Assembly (NCBI GenBank): GCA_965243025.1
Contig: CBDETY010000003.1
Span: 5,638,198-5,702,197 of the forward strand
Origin: Candidatus Latescibacterota bacterium
GTDB taxonomy: Bacteria > Latescibacterota > UBA2968 > UBA8231
DNA: 64,000 bases
Direction: 5' to 3'
Shown in pieces: positions 7,866-18,528 of this stretch; the stretch's first letter is position 1; each line of letters opens with the position of its first letter. The position numbers and the translations under genes are program-made. The notes beneath the pieces were generated by a model, which saw only the letters and a program-made list of their open reading frames with translations, made no database searches and was not told where the DNA came from.

Positions 7866-9752
7866 CTACTGGAACTTGCAGGACTTGATCTCGCGGGAGG
7901 AGAGGCGGACCCCTCCCGCCTTCAGGCCGCGGACCGGGTAGTCGGACACGGCGAAGGACTCGTTCAGCACCCGCAGCCGGGGTTTCGGCTTGTAGTCGAC
8001 GGAGACGGTGGCGTCCGGCCGGGTGGTCAGGCGCAGCAGCTTGCACCCCTCCGGCACCAGCTCGTACGAGCGGTTGAGGATGAACTTGTCGATGACGCAG
8101 CGCTTGATGCAGGGGCGGCCCTTGGCGTCGCGGTAGACGAGGTTGAACACCGTGTCCTTGTCGACGAAACCGCAGTGGGCCATCCCCTTGCCGACGAAGA
8201 GCTTGTCGGGTGCGTCGATCACCGAGTACGAGCCGTCGGCGCGGATCACCAGCACGCGGTCGTACCGGGAGACCTCCAACAGCGCCGGGCCGTTCACCTC
8301 GTAGCCGAGATAGCCGCTCCCCTTGTCGTAGGCGAGCTTGAGGTCGCGTTTGGCCGCCTCGCGGACGTCGACCTTCTCGAGGGAGAGAATCTCGGTGCGG
8401 CGCGGAAACCGGGGGCGCTGGTTTTCGATCAGGTTTTCGAGAAAGGCGATCGCGTACGGAACGATGTGGTCGAGGTCGTGGGCGACCTGCTTCAGCCGCT
8501 CCTCGATCTCGCGCGATTCCTTCCTGGCGCGCTCGATGTCGTAGAGGGAGATGCGGCGGATGGGGATCTTGAGCAGGGTGTCGACGTCGTCGCGGGTGAC
8601 CTCCCGGCCGATCTCCTCACCGTGCGGCTCGAGGCCGGACAGTACCGCGTTAACGACCCCGTCGGAGCTCTTCTTGTTTTCGATCTCCTTGTAGATCCGG
8701 TTTTCGATGAAGATCCGCTCGATCGTCCTGGCGTGCAGCCTGTCCTCGAGCCGGCCCTGCTCGACCTGAAGCTCGGCCTTGAGGATGTCGACGAGCCGGT
8801 CGACGTTGTGGCGCAGGATCTCGGCGACCCCCATGACCCGCGGCTTGTCGCCGTCGATCACCACCGGGTTGCATGACAGGGAGAGCTCGCAATCGGTGAA
8901 GGCGTAGAGTGCGTCGACCACCTCTTCTCCGTAGACGCCGCGCGGCAGCTTGATCTCGATCTCGACGTTCTCGGCGGTGTAGTCGTGAATGCTGGAGATC
9001 TTCACCTTGTTCTTGCGGGCGGCATCCTCGATCGAGGCGATCAGCAGCTCCGTCGTCGTGCCGTAGGGGATCTCGGTGATGACGATCCGCTTGGGGTCGG
9101 ACGTGTCCATGCGCGCCCGCACCAGCACCTTGCCGGTGCCGTCTTCGTACTGCGAGACGTCGGCCATTCCCGCCGTCGGGAAATCGGGGAGAAGCTCGAA
9201 CTCCCCGTCCTTCATGATGGCGACCTGGGCCTCGAGCAGCTCGATCAGGTTGTGCGGCAGGATGCGCGTCGCCATGCCGACGGCGATCCCTTCGGCTCCC
9301 TGTGCCAGCAGCACCGGCAGCTTCGCCGGCAGGATCACCGGTTCCCGGTTGCGGCCGTCGTAGGAATCGATGTACTCGGTGATCTCCGGATCGAACAGCA
9401 CCTCGGAGGCGAGGGGGGACAGGCGGCACTCGATGTAGCGGGCCGCGGAAGCCATGTCGCCGGTGTAGATGTTGCCGAAGTTCCCCTGCCGGTCGATGAA
9501 CAGCTCCTTGTTCGCCAGCACCACGAGGGCCGAGTAGATCGAAGCTTCGCCGTGCGGGTGGAATCTCATCGTGTGGCCGACGACGTTGGCGACCTTGTGG
9601 AACTTGCCGTCGTCGAGCTCGAAGAGGGCGTGAAGGATGCGCCGCTGCACCGGCTTGAGCCCGTCGTCGACGTGCGGGATGGCGCGGTCCTTGATCACGT
9701 ACGAGGCGTACTCGACGAAGTTCTTTTCGTACAGGGTGTCTACGTAAGCCAT
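7866..9752 (-). CDS. parC: type IIA topoisomerase subunit A (ParC/GyrA-like, short form)
   Basis: N-terminal DGLKPVQRRILH and catalytic-Tyr context ASAARYIECRLS. It lies directly downstream of the subunit B gene. Confidence 0.85.
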   Translation of the reverse strand: MAYVDTLYEKNFVEYASYVIKDRAIPHVDDGLKPVQRRILHALFELDDGKFHKVANVVGHTMRFHPHGEASIYSALVVLANKELFIDRQGNFGNIYTGDMASAARYIECRLSPLASEVLFDPEITEYIDSYDGRNREPVILPAKLPVLLAQGAEGIAVGMATRILPHNLIELLEAQVAIMKDGEFELLPDFPTAGMADVSQYEDGTGKVLVRARMDTSDPKRIVITEIPYGTTTELLIASIEDAARKNKVKISSIHDYTAENVEIEIKLPRGVYGEEVVDALYAFTDCELSLSCNPVVIDGDKPRVMGVAEILRHNVDRLVDILKAELQVEQGRLEDRLHARTIERIFIENRIYKEIENKKSSDGVVNAVLSGLEPHGEEIGREVTRDDVDTLLKIPIRRISLYDIERARKESREIEERLKQVAHDLDHIVPYAIAFLENLIENQRPRFPRRTEILSLEKVDVREAAKRDLKLAYDKGSGYLGYEVNGPALLEVSRYDRVLVIRADGSYSVIDAPDKLFVGKGMAHCGFVDKDTVFNLVYRDAKGRPCIKRCVIDKFILNRSYELVPEGCKLLRLTTRPDATVSVDYKPKPRLRVLNESFAVSDYPVRGLKAGGVRLSSREIKSCKFQ

Positions 9753-9825
9753 CTCTGTTCAGTCGGGTGGGCGGCGGCCGCTGCCGGCCGGAGAGCCGGC
9801 CGCTGCGGGCCAGCGATGCCGCCTC

Positions 9826-11706
9826 TCAGACGAGGTTCTCCATGATGTACTCGCGGCGCTCCGGGGTGTTCTTGCCCATGTAGAACGAGAGAATGTCAGG
9901 CACATTGCCGTTCGCCTGGACCTTCACCAGCCGCATGTCGCCGCCGATGAACTGCCCGAACTCCTTGGGCGAGATCTCGCCGAGTCCCTTGAAGCGCGTC
10001 ACCTCGGGCTGCTTCATGCCTGCCAGCGCCCGGTCCCGCTCCTTCTCGCTGTAGCAGTAAACGGTCTTCTTCTTGTCGCGCACCCGGAACAGCGGCGTTT
10101 CGAGGATGTAGAGGTGCCCGGCGGTGACGAGCTCCTCGAAGAAGTTGAGGAAGAACGTCATCAGCAGGTTGCGGATGTGGAACCCGTCGACGTCGGCGTC
10201 GGTGGCGATCACGACCCGGTCGTAGCGCAGGTTGTCGATGCCGTCCTCGATCCCGAGGGCCATCATCAGGTTGAACAGCTCCTCGTTCTTGTAGGTGGCC
10301 GCCTTGCCGCGGCCGAACATGTTCTGCGGTTTCCCCCTGAGGGTGAAGATCGCCTGCGTGTTCGGGTCGCGCGTCGACACGATCGACCCTGCGGCGGACT
10401 GCCCCTCGGTCAGGAAGATCGTCGACTCCCCGCCGTGCCGGTGGCCGAGGTGGTACTTGCAGTCGCGCAGGTTGGGATTCCTGATCTGGATCTTCCGGGC
10501 GGCGTCCTTGGCCTCCTTCTTAACCGCGTTCAGCTCCTTGCGCAGCTTCTCGTTCTGGACGATGCGCGCTTCCACCGTCGAAGCGGCTTCGCGGTTCTTG
10601 TGCAGGAAGTCGACGACCGCCCCCTTGACCTCGTTGACGACCCAGCCGCGCAGGTCGGTGTTGCCGAGCTTGTTCTTGGTCTGCGACTCGAACACCGGGT
10701 CGCGCAGCTTGACGGCGACGGCGCCGGCCAGTCCCTCGCGCACGTCGACGCCGCCGTAGTTCTTGCGGTAGAACTCGTTGACGCCCTTGAGGATTCCCTC
10801 GCGGAAGGCGCTCTGGTGGGTGCCCCCGTCGCCGGTGAACTGGCCGTTGACGAAGGAGCGGTAGGACTCCCCGTACCCGTCTGTGTGGGTGAAGGCGAAC
10901 TCGAGCGCCTTCGACCGGTGGTAGGCGGGCGGGTAGGTTTCCCCGTCTCCCACCTCGCGCCTGAGCAGGTCGAGCAACCCCCCCTTGGACTCGAACTTCT
11001 CGCCGTCGAGAAACAGCTGCAGACCCCTGTTGAGGCAGGCGTAGTTCCACAGGCGCCGGGCGAGGAAATCGCGCTCGTACCGGTACTCCCCGAAGATCTC
11101 CCCGTCGGGTGTGAACTCGACCAGGGTGCCGGCCGGCTCCCCAGGGGCCTTCCCGGTTCGCGTGCGGCCGGCCTGGGTGCCGCGCTCGAACACCGCCTCG
11201 GCGTACTTGCCGTCGCGGTAGCTGACGACCCGGAACGATTCCGAGAGGGCGTTGACGGCCTTGGTGCCGACCCCGTTCAGCCCGACGCTGAACTGGAAGA
11301 CGTCGTCGTTGTACTTGGCGCCGGTGTTGATGACCGATACGCACTCGACGACCTTGCCGAGAGGGATGCCGCGCCCGTAGTCGCGCACCCGCACCGCTTC
11401 GCCGCCGGCCCCGGACTCGATGGCGATGTCGATCTTCTTCCCGAACCCCATGATGTGCTCGTCGACGCCGTTGTCGATCACCTCCTTGAGCAGCACGTAG
11501 ATGCCGTCGTCGGGGTCGGACCCGTTGCCGAGGCGCCCGATGTACATGCCGGTGCGCAGGCGGATGTGCTCGAGAGAGCTGAGGGTCTTGATCTTGCTCT
11601 CGTCGTACGCCGAGCCGGGATTCTTCCTGCCGTTCTTTCCCGAGCCGTTGCCGCCGGATCTGGAGAACGATATCTCGCTCTGAACCGATGTCTTTGTCGA
11701 TGTCAT
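9826..11706 (-). CDS. parE: type IIA topoisomerase subunit B (ParE/GyrB-like)
   Basis: GHKL ATPase N-terminus (LEHIRLRTGMYIG, VIDNGVDEH, GLNGVG) and TOPRIM motifs (LTEGQSAAGS, IATDADVDGFHI). ATG 11706 (MTSTKT) is chosen because the upstream part of the ORF is Arg/Pro-rich junk. Confidence 0.9.
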   Translation of the reverse strand: MTSTKTSVQSEISFSRSGGNGSGKNGRKNPGSAYDESKIKTLSSLEHIRLRTGMYIGRLGNGSDPDDGIYVLLKEVIDNGVDEHIMGFGKKIDIAIESGAGGEAVRVRDYGRGIPLGKVVECVSVINTGAKYNDDVFQFSVGLNGVGTKAVNALSESFRVVSYRDGKYAEAVFERGTQAGRTRTGKAPGEPAGTLVEFTPDGEIFGEYRYERDFLARRLWNYACLNRGLQLFLDGEKFESKGGLLDLLRREVGDGETYPPAYHRSKALEFAFTHTDGYGESYRSFVNGQFTGDGGTHQSAFREGILKGVNEFYRKNYGGVDVREGLAGAVAVKLRDPVFESQTKNKLGNTDLRGWVVNEVKGAVVDFLHKNREAASTVEARIVQNEKLRKELNAVKKEAKDAARKIQIRNPNLRDCKYHLGHRHGGESTIFLTEGQSAAGSIVSTRDPNTQAIFTLRGKPQNMFGRGKAATYKNEELFNLMMALGIEDGIDNLRYDRVVIATDADVDGFHIRNLLMTFFLNFFEELVTAGHLYILETPLFRVRDKKKTVYCYSEKERDRALAGMKQPEVTRFKGLGEISPKEFGQFIGGDMRLVKVQANGNVPDILSFYMGKNTPERREYIMENLV

Positions 11707-12070
11707 GGTTGCATCTGCATCCAACCCGGTCCGGCCGGGAGAAAGGCGGATCGGGGGGCCGTCGGGCACCTGCGGGGTCCCGCGGATTCTTCGTCGGGCA
11801 GGGGATGGAAAGCGGCGCCACCGGGGAGGTGTCGGGCCGACTCTGCCAAGATAATCACCCTTGCGGATCGGCGCACCGGCAGGGGCGCCGGGCGGATACC
11901 GCGGTTCGCCGGCCTCGCCCCGCGCTTTCCCGGCCGCCGGATTCGCATGCACGGGGGTCCCGAGCATGCGGCCGGGAGGGCAGCTTCCGGGCGGCCTCTC
12001 TGCCGCACAGGGGCTTGTTGATTCGATAACGGCCGCGGGCGCGACCGTGTCAAGCGGAGCTGTTCCGGGT

Positions 12071-13300
12071 CTACCGCCGTTTCCCCCGGTGCTCGCGGTG
12101 ATGCGGCGGTCCGTGGTGCTCCACCCGTCCCGCGCTCCTCCCTTTCGGCCTGGGGCGGCCGCGGCGCCGGCGCCCGGCGCCTGCCAGCGACAGGTCCGGC
12201 TCCCGCCCCCGCCAGGTCGGCTCGATGCCGTTGGCGTTGAGCAGGCTCTTCAGGTCCCTGAGATCGCGGTCGGTCACCAGGGTCATGGCGATCCCGGTGC
12301 GGCCCATGCGGCCGGTGCGGCCGGTGCGGTGGGTGTAGGTCTCCGCGCTCCTGGGGAAGTCGTAGTTGATCACGTGGCTCACGTGGGTGAAGTCGAGCCC
12401 GCGGCCGGCGACGTCGGTGGCGATCATGTACTTGATCTTGCGCTCGCGGAAGCGCGTGAAAAGAGACGTGCGGCGATCCTGCGTCAGGCCGCCGTGGATG
12501 ATTTCGAGCGATTGCAGGCGCCTGCGCAGGTCGCGGTGCAGGTCGCTGGCCTTGTCGCGGGAGTTGCAGAAGATCAGCGCCTGCCGGATCCCGTCCTCGG
12601 TGAGGACGTTTTCGAGGGCTTTCATGCGATCGCGGCCGGTGTGCAGGAAATGGTGCTGCAGCGACTGCGGGGCCTGCTGCTCGCGGTTGAGCTCGACGCG
12701 GACCGGATCGCGCTGGAAGCGCTTGGCCAGGGCGTCGATCTCGGGCGGCATGGTCGCCGAGAACATCAGCGTCTGGTGTTCCTGCAACAGACAGGACAGG
12801 ATGAAATCGACGTCCTCGATGAACCCCATCTTCAGCATCTCGTCCGCCTCGTCGAGAACGACGGTGCGGACCTGCGTCAGGTCGAGCCGGGTGTTCCAGA
12901 TGAAATCGATGAGGCGGCCCGGCGTCGCCACCAGGACCTGGACGCCGTGGTTCAGCTTGGCCTTCTGAATGCCCATGTCGAAACCGCCGAAGACGGCGAA
13001 GCAGACGGCGCCGGTGTGGCGGGCGAGGGAGTCGAGCTCCTGGACGTACTGGAGTGCAAGCTCCCGCGTCGGGACGAGTATGAGATACTGTATCGCCTGG
13101 GTCTCGGGATCGGCGGCGTTGACGATCGGCACGCCGCAGGCTGCGGTCTTGCCGGAGCCGGTCTCGGCCAGTCCCAGGAGGTCGCTCCCCTCGAGAATGT
13201 GGGGGATGGCCTTCTCCTGGATCGGGGTCATGTCGTCGTACTCCATCTCGGCGAGGGCCTTGTGGACTTCCGGCTTCAGGTCTGTTTCGGTGAACTTCAC
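12071..13300 (-). CDS. DEAD-box ATP-dependent RNA helicase
   Basis: Motifs AETGSGKTAA, VLDEADEML, SAT and HRTGRTGR, plus an Arg-rich C-tail. GTG 13300 is preceded by AAGGAG. Confidence 0.9.
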   Translation of the reverse strand: MKFTETDLKPEVHKALAEMEYDDMTPIQEKAIPHILEGSDLLGLAETGSGKTAACGVPIVNAADPETQAIQYLILVPTRELALQYVQELDSLARHTGAVCFAVFGGFDMGIQKAKLNHGVQVLVATPGRLIDFIWNTRLDLTQVRTVVLDEADEMLKMGFIEDVDFILSCLLQEHQTLMFSATMPPEIDALAKRFQRDPVRVELNREQQAPQSLQHHFLHTGRDRMKALENVLTEDGIRQALIFCNSRDKASDLHRDLRRRLQSLEIIHGGLTQDRRTSLFTRFRERKIKYMIATDVAGRGLDFTHVSHVINYDFPRSAETYTHRTGRTGRMGRTGIAMTLVTDRDLRDLKSLLNANGIEPTWRGREPDLSLAGAGRRRRGRPRPKGRSAGRVEHHGPPHHREHRGKRR

Positions 13301-13638
13301 GTGGTGGTGATACTCCTTTGCAGTGTGGATATGCGAGCCCGCACCGTGGCGAGGGACTGTCTGCTTCTTTGGGTTCGAGGAGGTTGGAAACTGCCGCAAG
13401 AGGCGGCAACCAGCTGACGTCTGCGGTGGGAGGCCTTTAAAATACGAACAGGGACCGGACCGGTAAAATGCGCCGGGGTGAGTTGGCGGCTGGTGCAAGG
13501 GGCAGACCCACAGTCACCGGCGCCGCTCTGAAGAACCGGGTTCGGGCGGTCCGACTGTTCCGGATGCCGGCGCGGAGGCCGGTGCAGGTTCACCGCTTCC
13601 CGGGATTCGGGAGCGGAAGTCCCGGCAGGGTCCGGTCC

Positions 13639-14670
13639 TTACAGGATCGACTCCGTCTGCTTTTCCACCTCGTCCCAGTCGAACTCCGCGCCGAGCCCGG
13701 GTCCCTGCGGCACCGGGAGGTGGCCGTTCTCCAGCAGGAGGGGGTTGAGGATCAGGGGCTCTCCCCCCTGGGATCCGGCGGTCGTGGTTTCGTAGAAGGT
13801 GCAGTTCCTTATGGCGCCGATGACGTGGGCGTGGACGAACCCGTGCATCACCCCGCGCGAGGTGATCTCGCAGTTCATGCCGAAGGCTTCGGCGAGCCGG
13901 GCGATCATCAGCATGTCGGTGATGCCGCCGCGCCAGGGCACGCTGGCGCGCACGATGTCCACCGCCTGCTGGGCAACCAGCTGCGAGGTGGAGTAGATGC
14001 TTCCCGGCAGGTACTCGGTGGCGGCGATCGGAATGTCGAGGGCTGCGGCGAGCTTCTTGAGCCCCATGATATCGAAGTCCCTGAGCGGCTCCTCGAACCA
14101 GAAGTACTCCTCTTCCTGCAGGACGCGGCCGACGCGCAAAGCGTCGGTGAACACGTACTGCTGCACGGCGTCGTGCATCAGGTGGAAGTCGGGGCCGACG
14201 GCGCGCCGGGACTCCCGCGCCACCTCCATCATCATTTCCGGCGGCTTGTCGCGGAAGTGGTCCTTGTAGCCGTAGAACCCCTCCTCCTTCGCCTGCACCG
14301 CCTCGGCGGCGAAGCGCTCCACCGCGTCGAAGTTCGGGCCCATCTTGTAGGCGGGGATCGAGTCGCGGAACCCGCCGATGAGCCGGAACACCGGCAGGTT
14401 GGTCGCCTTTCCCAGCAGGTCCCAGACGGCGACGTCGACATGCCCGCGCACCGGCTGCGGCAGGTACTGGAAGCGATCGCGGCGGCTGAGGTCCTCCCAG
14501 ATGCGCTGGCGGTCGAAGGGGTCCTGGCCGATCAGGAAGTCGCGGTACGCCGACTGGATGTGCCGCGCGGTGATCTCGTCCACCCCGAGGCAGCAGCCCT
14601 CGATGCCCTCGTCGGTGCCGATGCGCAGGAGTCCGATCGGCTGGTGGATGCGGATGTCGGTGATTTTCAT
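13639..14670 (-). CDS. enolase-superfamily enzyme (mandelate racemase/muconate lactonizing family, sugar-acid-dehydratase-like)
   Basis: VDVAVWDLLGKATNLPVFRLIGG, with acidic metal-ligand positions (HLMHDA, WFEEP, ATEY). Confidence 0.8.
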   Translation of the reverse strand: MKITDIRIHQPIGLLRIGTDEGIEGCCLGVDEITARHIQSAYRDFLIGQDPFDRQRIWEDLSRRDRFQYLPQPVRGHVDVAVWDLLGKATNLPVFRLIGGFRDSIPAYKMGPNFDAVERFAAEAVQAKEEGFYGYKDHFRDKPPEMMMEVARESRRAVGPDFHLMHDAVQQYVFTDALRVGRVLQEEEYFWFEEPLRDFDIMGLKKLAAALDIPIAATEYLPGSIYSTSQLVAQQAVDIVRASVPWRGGITDMLMIARLAEAFGMNCEITSRGVMHGFVHAHVIGAIRNCTFYETTTAGSQGGEPLILNPLLLENGHLPVPQGPGLGAEFDWDEVEKQTESIL

Positions 14671-14894
14671 GGCTTGCCCTGGTCCGGTTCGTCGGAGCGG
14701 TTTTCGCAGCCGGGAAATACCGGTTGCCGCGGGGCGGAGTCAACACGGGCTCGGGGGGCCCGTCACCTCATGCAAAGCATTTCCGGCGCATGTGGGATCG
14801 TGAAACCGCGTCCGTCCGGGGCATGGAGGACTCCGTAAGGCCGCGATCCTCCGTCGAGCACGGAAAGCTCCGGACGGAGGGGCGGCGCCGGCGG

Positions 14895-16091
14895 TCAGTT
14901 GACCATCTGCATCAGGCGCTGGGTCATGGAGCCCTCCTGGGTAAGGGCGTAGATGATGACGTTGACGACGAGCTGCCAATTGCGCCCCGCTTCATGGTCC
15001 CTGAGGTCTCCCAGTCCGGTGCCCCAACCGAAGGTTACGGCGACGAGCCGCCCCTTGACGAAATACCCCATGTTGCGGTGCCAGGAATGGATCCCCTGCT
15101 TGCCGCTGCCCAACACGTAGTAGGCGGATGGGGCCCCGCCCCCGATGTCGAAGTAGGCGGAGTACACCGGGTGGTCGTCGGGAAGCCTCTGTCTCCAGAA
15201 ATCGCGGCCGGCGACCAGCCCCCCGTATTTCTCCAGGGCTTCGAAGGGAACCGGCTCGGCATCGGGGTTGAGCCCGAACACGAACCCGCCCGCCAGTATG
15301 TAACGGGCCAGCGCCTCCAGCTCGCTCTCGTTCACCCGGTAGCCGGGCACGATGATCATCGGTATCTCCATCAGCCGGCTGTCGTCGAACGTAATCGAAC
15401 CCTCGTACTCGGCCTTGATTCCCGTCAGCTCGTTGAGGGCGTCGCGCACCTGGTCGATGCCGTGGGTAAAAAAGCCTCCTGTGCCGTACTCGATCGACTT
15501 GGCCGATTCCACGTGGGCGAAACGCACGAACCCCTTGATGTTCTGCCGGTCCGTCGGACTCTGGACGACCATTGCCTTGTAGCGGCCGGTGTCCAGGCTG
15601 TTGACGTCCATCATCTCCAGCGCCATGTCGATCTTGTTCTCGGGGGCCCGGCTGCTGGCCAGCACTTCCCGGGCGAGGGCGCGGGGTTCCAGGTCGACGC
15701 TCGTGAAGCTCGATGTCCGCGACAGCGCCACCCTCGGGTTGGCTACTTGGCGAATCACCGCGCCTGTGTTGAACGCCGCCGTCGCCTGCACCCGGTCCAT
15801 GCGGGCGGCCGTCAGCCTGACCTCGCGCCTGACCATCTGCCTTCTGGGCTGAGGGATTTTGCGCAACTCCAACGGCTTGGTCAGCCGGGGCTCTCTCATG
15901 ACGAACTTCGTCGTCAGGGGCTTGGGGGCCTTGGCTGCCCGCTCCTTGAACGGATCGATCGCAACCAGGGCCAGATGCAGAAGTGCTGCGAGGCAGAGGC
16001 TGGACCAGAAGACCTTGCGCAGGGGGCCGAGCAGCTCGTCGGGTCTGAAGCCCGACGTGGGGGAAGCGAAACGAGACGTACCGTCCGCCAT
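14895..16091 (-). CDS. DUF4159-like membrane-anchored protein
   Basis: N-terminal TM helix (VFWSSLCLAALLHLALVAI). The C-terminal region IIVPGYRVNESELEALARYILAGGFVFG ... DHPVYSAYFDI resembles DUF4159. Confidence 0.55.
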   Translation of the reverse strand: MADGTSRFASPTSGFRPDELLGPLRKVFWSSLCLAALLHLALVAIDPFKERAAKAPKPLTTKFVMREPRLTKPLELRKIPQPRRQMVRREVRLTAARMDRVQATAAFNTGAVIRQVANPRVALSRTSSFTSVDLEPRALAREVLASSRAPENKIDMALEMMDVNSLDTGRYKAMVVQSPTDRQNIKGFVRFAHVESAKSIEYGTGGFFTHGIDQVRDALNELTGIKAEYEGSITFDDSRLMEIPMIIVPGYRVNESELEALARYILAGGFVFGLNPDAEPVPFEALEKYGGLVAGRDFWRQRLPDDHPVYSAYFDIGGGAPSAYYVLGSGKQGIHSWHRNMGYFVKGRLVAVTFGWGTGLGDLRDHEAGRNWQLVVNVIIYALTQEGSMTQRLMQMVN

Positions 16092-16232
16092 GGTTCACCT
16101 CCTGAGGTGAATTCTGTGGAGGGTTCCCGGCACCCATCACACCCGGAGTTCGCTCACAATATACATCACCGGGTGGTGAAGAAATGTAAAGGAAGCAAAG
16201 TTTTTTTTGGGAGGGCCGTCTATTACTCGGTT

Positions 16233-17186
16233 CTATTCCAACAGGCTCGCCTTGATTCGTCCCCATGCCTTGTCTTCCACAACGGATTTGTCATCGCCCG
16301 GCAGCAGAACACCATCCACCCATGTATGAGCATCGCTTCCCAGGTCACTGCGTTTTCCCGTGAAGTTCCCAAGGATGTACGCATCGTGAATGAATTCGTC
16401 TTCATCGATATCCGTCACCTGAATGCTGAATCCAACAATCTTGTTTGCCCGCAGGTCTGAAACCACACTGCTTTCGGCCTCCGCAATGATGAGCTTGTCG
16501 AAAGGGGTGATATAGAACTCGATGATCCATACGGTTGGATTCATTCCATTGGCAGATCCTCCTGCGCTCGAGAACGGAGCATTGCTCCACCAGTCGCCGA
16601 ACTCGCCCATGATTTGCAGGTCGATGTTCGGGGTCTCCGGACTGATTGGGATAGCTTCATAGAATTGAGCTGCTTGGTCCTGAATTCCACAGTCTTCGAT
16701 ACTTAAACACGATTCCCCGGGATCGAATCCGGGAGAACCGTCGTGGTCTCCATCGATCATGAAATTGACGTGATCCTGAAAAAAGAAATTACCAGGATAG
16801 GCGAAATTCCCGTCCCAGCTTCGAAACAAATCGTCGGCGATAATGGCGGCTGAATAGAAACGGTCGGTTGAATCGCTCCAGCCCAGCCAGATACGGAAAT
16901 CAAGGTCGGACGGACCGTATTTGGTGCTCTGAGGATTCGAGGTCACATCGGGAAAGAAGGAGAAATCCAGTGCGGTGAGGGATGGTTCGAAAAACAACCC
17001 TTCCCATTCATCGACTTGGCCGTCGATTACATCAGTTGGAGAGATCTGGGCTTCGAGCGCGTCGCCGAAGCCCGGGGTCGCGAGGCACGCCTGTCCTTCG
17101 CCGAGGGCGTCACCGAAGACGGCATCTGAGTTTTGAAAGAGACCGTTCCAAACAGTGTAGTGAGAAAGCTTGCCTTTTAACTTCAT
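16233..17186 (-). CDS. CBM9/DOMON-like protein, paralog A (no obvious signal peptide)
   Basis: 317-aa ORF, paralogous to 58150-59103 (shared PSDLDFRIWLGW, DGDHDGS, EFYITPFD, IVGF..V.D.DE, C-terminal W.RIKAS.L). G+C is markedly lower than the flanks. Confidence 0.7.
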   Translation of the reverse strand: MKLKGKLSHYTVWNGLFQNSDAVFGDALGEGQACLATPGFGDALEAQISPTDVIDGQVDEWEGLFFEPSLTALDFSFFPDVTSNPQSTKYGPSDLDFRIWLGWSDSTDRFYSAAIIADDLFRSWDGNFAYPGNFFFQDHVNFMIDGDHDGSPGFDPGESCLSIEDCGIQDQAAQFYEAIPISPETPNIDLQIMGEFGDWWSNAPFSSAGGSANGMNPTVWIIEFYITPFDKLIIAEAESSVVSDLRANKIVGFSIQVTDIDEDEFIHDAYILGNFTGKRSDLGSDAHTWVDGVLLPGDDKSVVEDKAWGRIKASLLE

Positions 17187-17197
17187 AAAAAAGAAGA

Positions 17198-18475
17198 ATG
17201 ACCATGTCTGATAAACTGCCCCTCGCCATCGTCGGCTGCGGCGGCATGGGCCACCGCCATCTCTACGGCCTCGCCGAGCTGCAGGAAGCCGGCCTGTCTC
17301 CCTTCGAGCTGGTGGGCGCCTGCGACCCCGACCTCGACAACGCCAACTCGCTCGCCGACCAGGCCGAAGAGCTGCTTGGCGAGCGGCCCCGGCCCGTCGG
17401 GGACCTCGCCGGGCTGGCTTCCGCCGCCCCGGTCAAGGCCGTCGACATCGCCACTTTGCCCGCCCATCACCACACCGTCGCCATCGAGGCGATGGAGCGC
17501 GGCTGGCACGCGCTGTGCGAAAAACCGATGGGGCTCACGGTCCGCGCCTGCAGGCGGATGACCGCCAAGGCGGAGGAGACCGGGTGCATCCTCTCGGTTG
17601 CGGAGAACTACCGGCGCGACCCGGTGAACCGGCTCGCCAGGGCCCTCCTCGACGCCGGCGTCATCGGGCCTCCGCGCCTGATGCAGCAGGTGGCCATGGC
17701 CAACGGGGACCGCATGGTCATTTCAGACTGGCGGCACCAGAAGAACTCGAGCGGCATCCTCCTCGACGCGGGGGTTCACTATGCCGACATCATGGAGTAC
17801 TTCCTCGGGGAGGCCGACACCGTCTACGCGCAGACGCGCCTGCACGAGCCGGTCCGCAGGAACCCGGTAGCGGGGCGCAGCGGCGTCAGCAGCGGCTCGC
17901 CGGGGGGCGTCTACGAACGCTGGCAGAAGGACATGCCCGCCGAGTTCGAGGCCACGGCGGACGACGCGGGGTACGCCACCATCCTCTTCAAAAGCGGCGC
18001 CGTCGCCCAGTACATCGAGGACTACGCCGCCCACGGCCAAAGCCAGAGGCGGCGCTCCATCCACGGCAGCCTCGGCTCGCTGGAGCTTCCCGGCGACCGC
18101 TCGGGCAACCGCCTGACGCTCCACCTCGACGGGGAGGACCCGATTGACGGCGAAGCCCTGCTCGACCTGGTGCCCGACCACCGCCTCGACGAGGCCACGG
18201 CCGCGCTGTTCGGCGGCGACCGGCTGTTCGAGTACCCCTTCCCCTTTCCCGAGACCGACCGCAAGCTGATCGCCGTCGAGTACCACGAGCTGGGAACCTG
18301 CATCCAACAGGGGCGGCAACCCGAAGTCGACGCCCGCCAGGGCGCCCGCTCCGTGGCCCTGTCCTACAGCCTGATGGAGTCGCAGGCGGCCGGCCGGGCG
18401 CTCTCCGTCGACGCCGTCCGCGACGACCGGATCAACGCCTACCAGGCGGAAATCAACGAGCACCTCGGGCTTTGA
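17198..18475 (+). CDS. Gfo/Idh/MocA-family oxidoreductase
   Basis: N-terminal Rossmann LAIVGCGGMGHRH and EKPM motif (CEKPMGL). Confidence 0.85.
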   Translation: MTMSDKLPLAIVGCGGMGHRHLYGLAELQEAGLSPFELVGACDPDLDNANSLADQAEELLGERPRPVGDLAGLASAAPVKAVDIATLPAHHHTVAIEAMERGWHALCEKPMGLTVRACRRMTAKAEETGCILSVAENYRRDPVNRLARALLDAGVIGPPRLMQQVAMANGDRMVISDWRHQKNSSGILLDAGVHYADIMEYFLGEADTVYAQTRLHEPVRRNPVAGRSGVSSGSPGGVYERWQKDMPAEFEATADDAGYATILFKSGAVAQYIEDYAAHGQSQRRRSIHGSLGSLELPGDRSGNRLTLHLDGEDPIDGEALLDLVPDHRLDEATAALFGGDRLFEYPFPFPETDRKLIAVEYHELGTCIQQGRQPEVDARQGARSVALSYSLMESQAAGRALSVDAVRDDRINAYQAEINEHLGL

Positions 18476-18528
18476 AAGGGTGGACAGTGCGGGCCGATTG
18501 TTGACCCGCTGAAGGAGGCCGATTCCTT

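Noticed and set aside
10114-13417. Long ORFs 10114-12021 (+), 11703-13409 (-) and 11861-13417 (+)
   Set aside because: They overlap the ParE-like and DEAD-box genes in the wrong frame or strand. There are no recognisable motifs, and the codon composition is biased.
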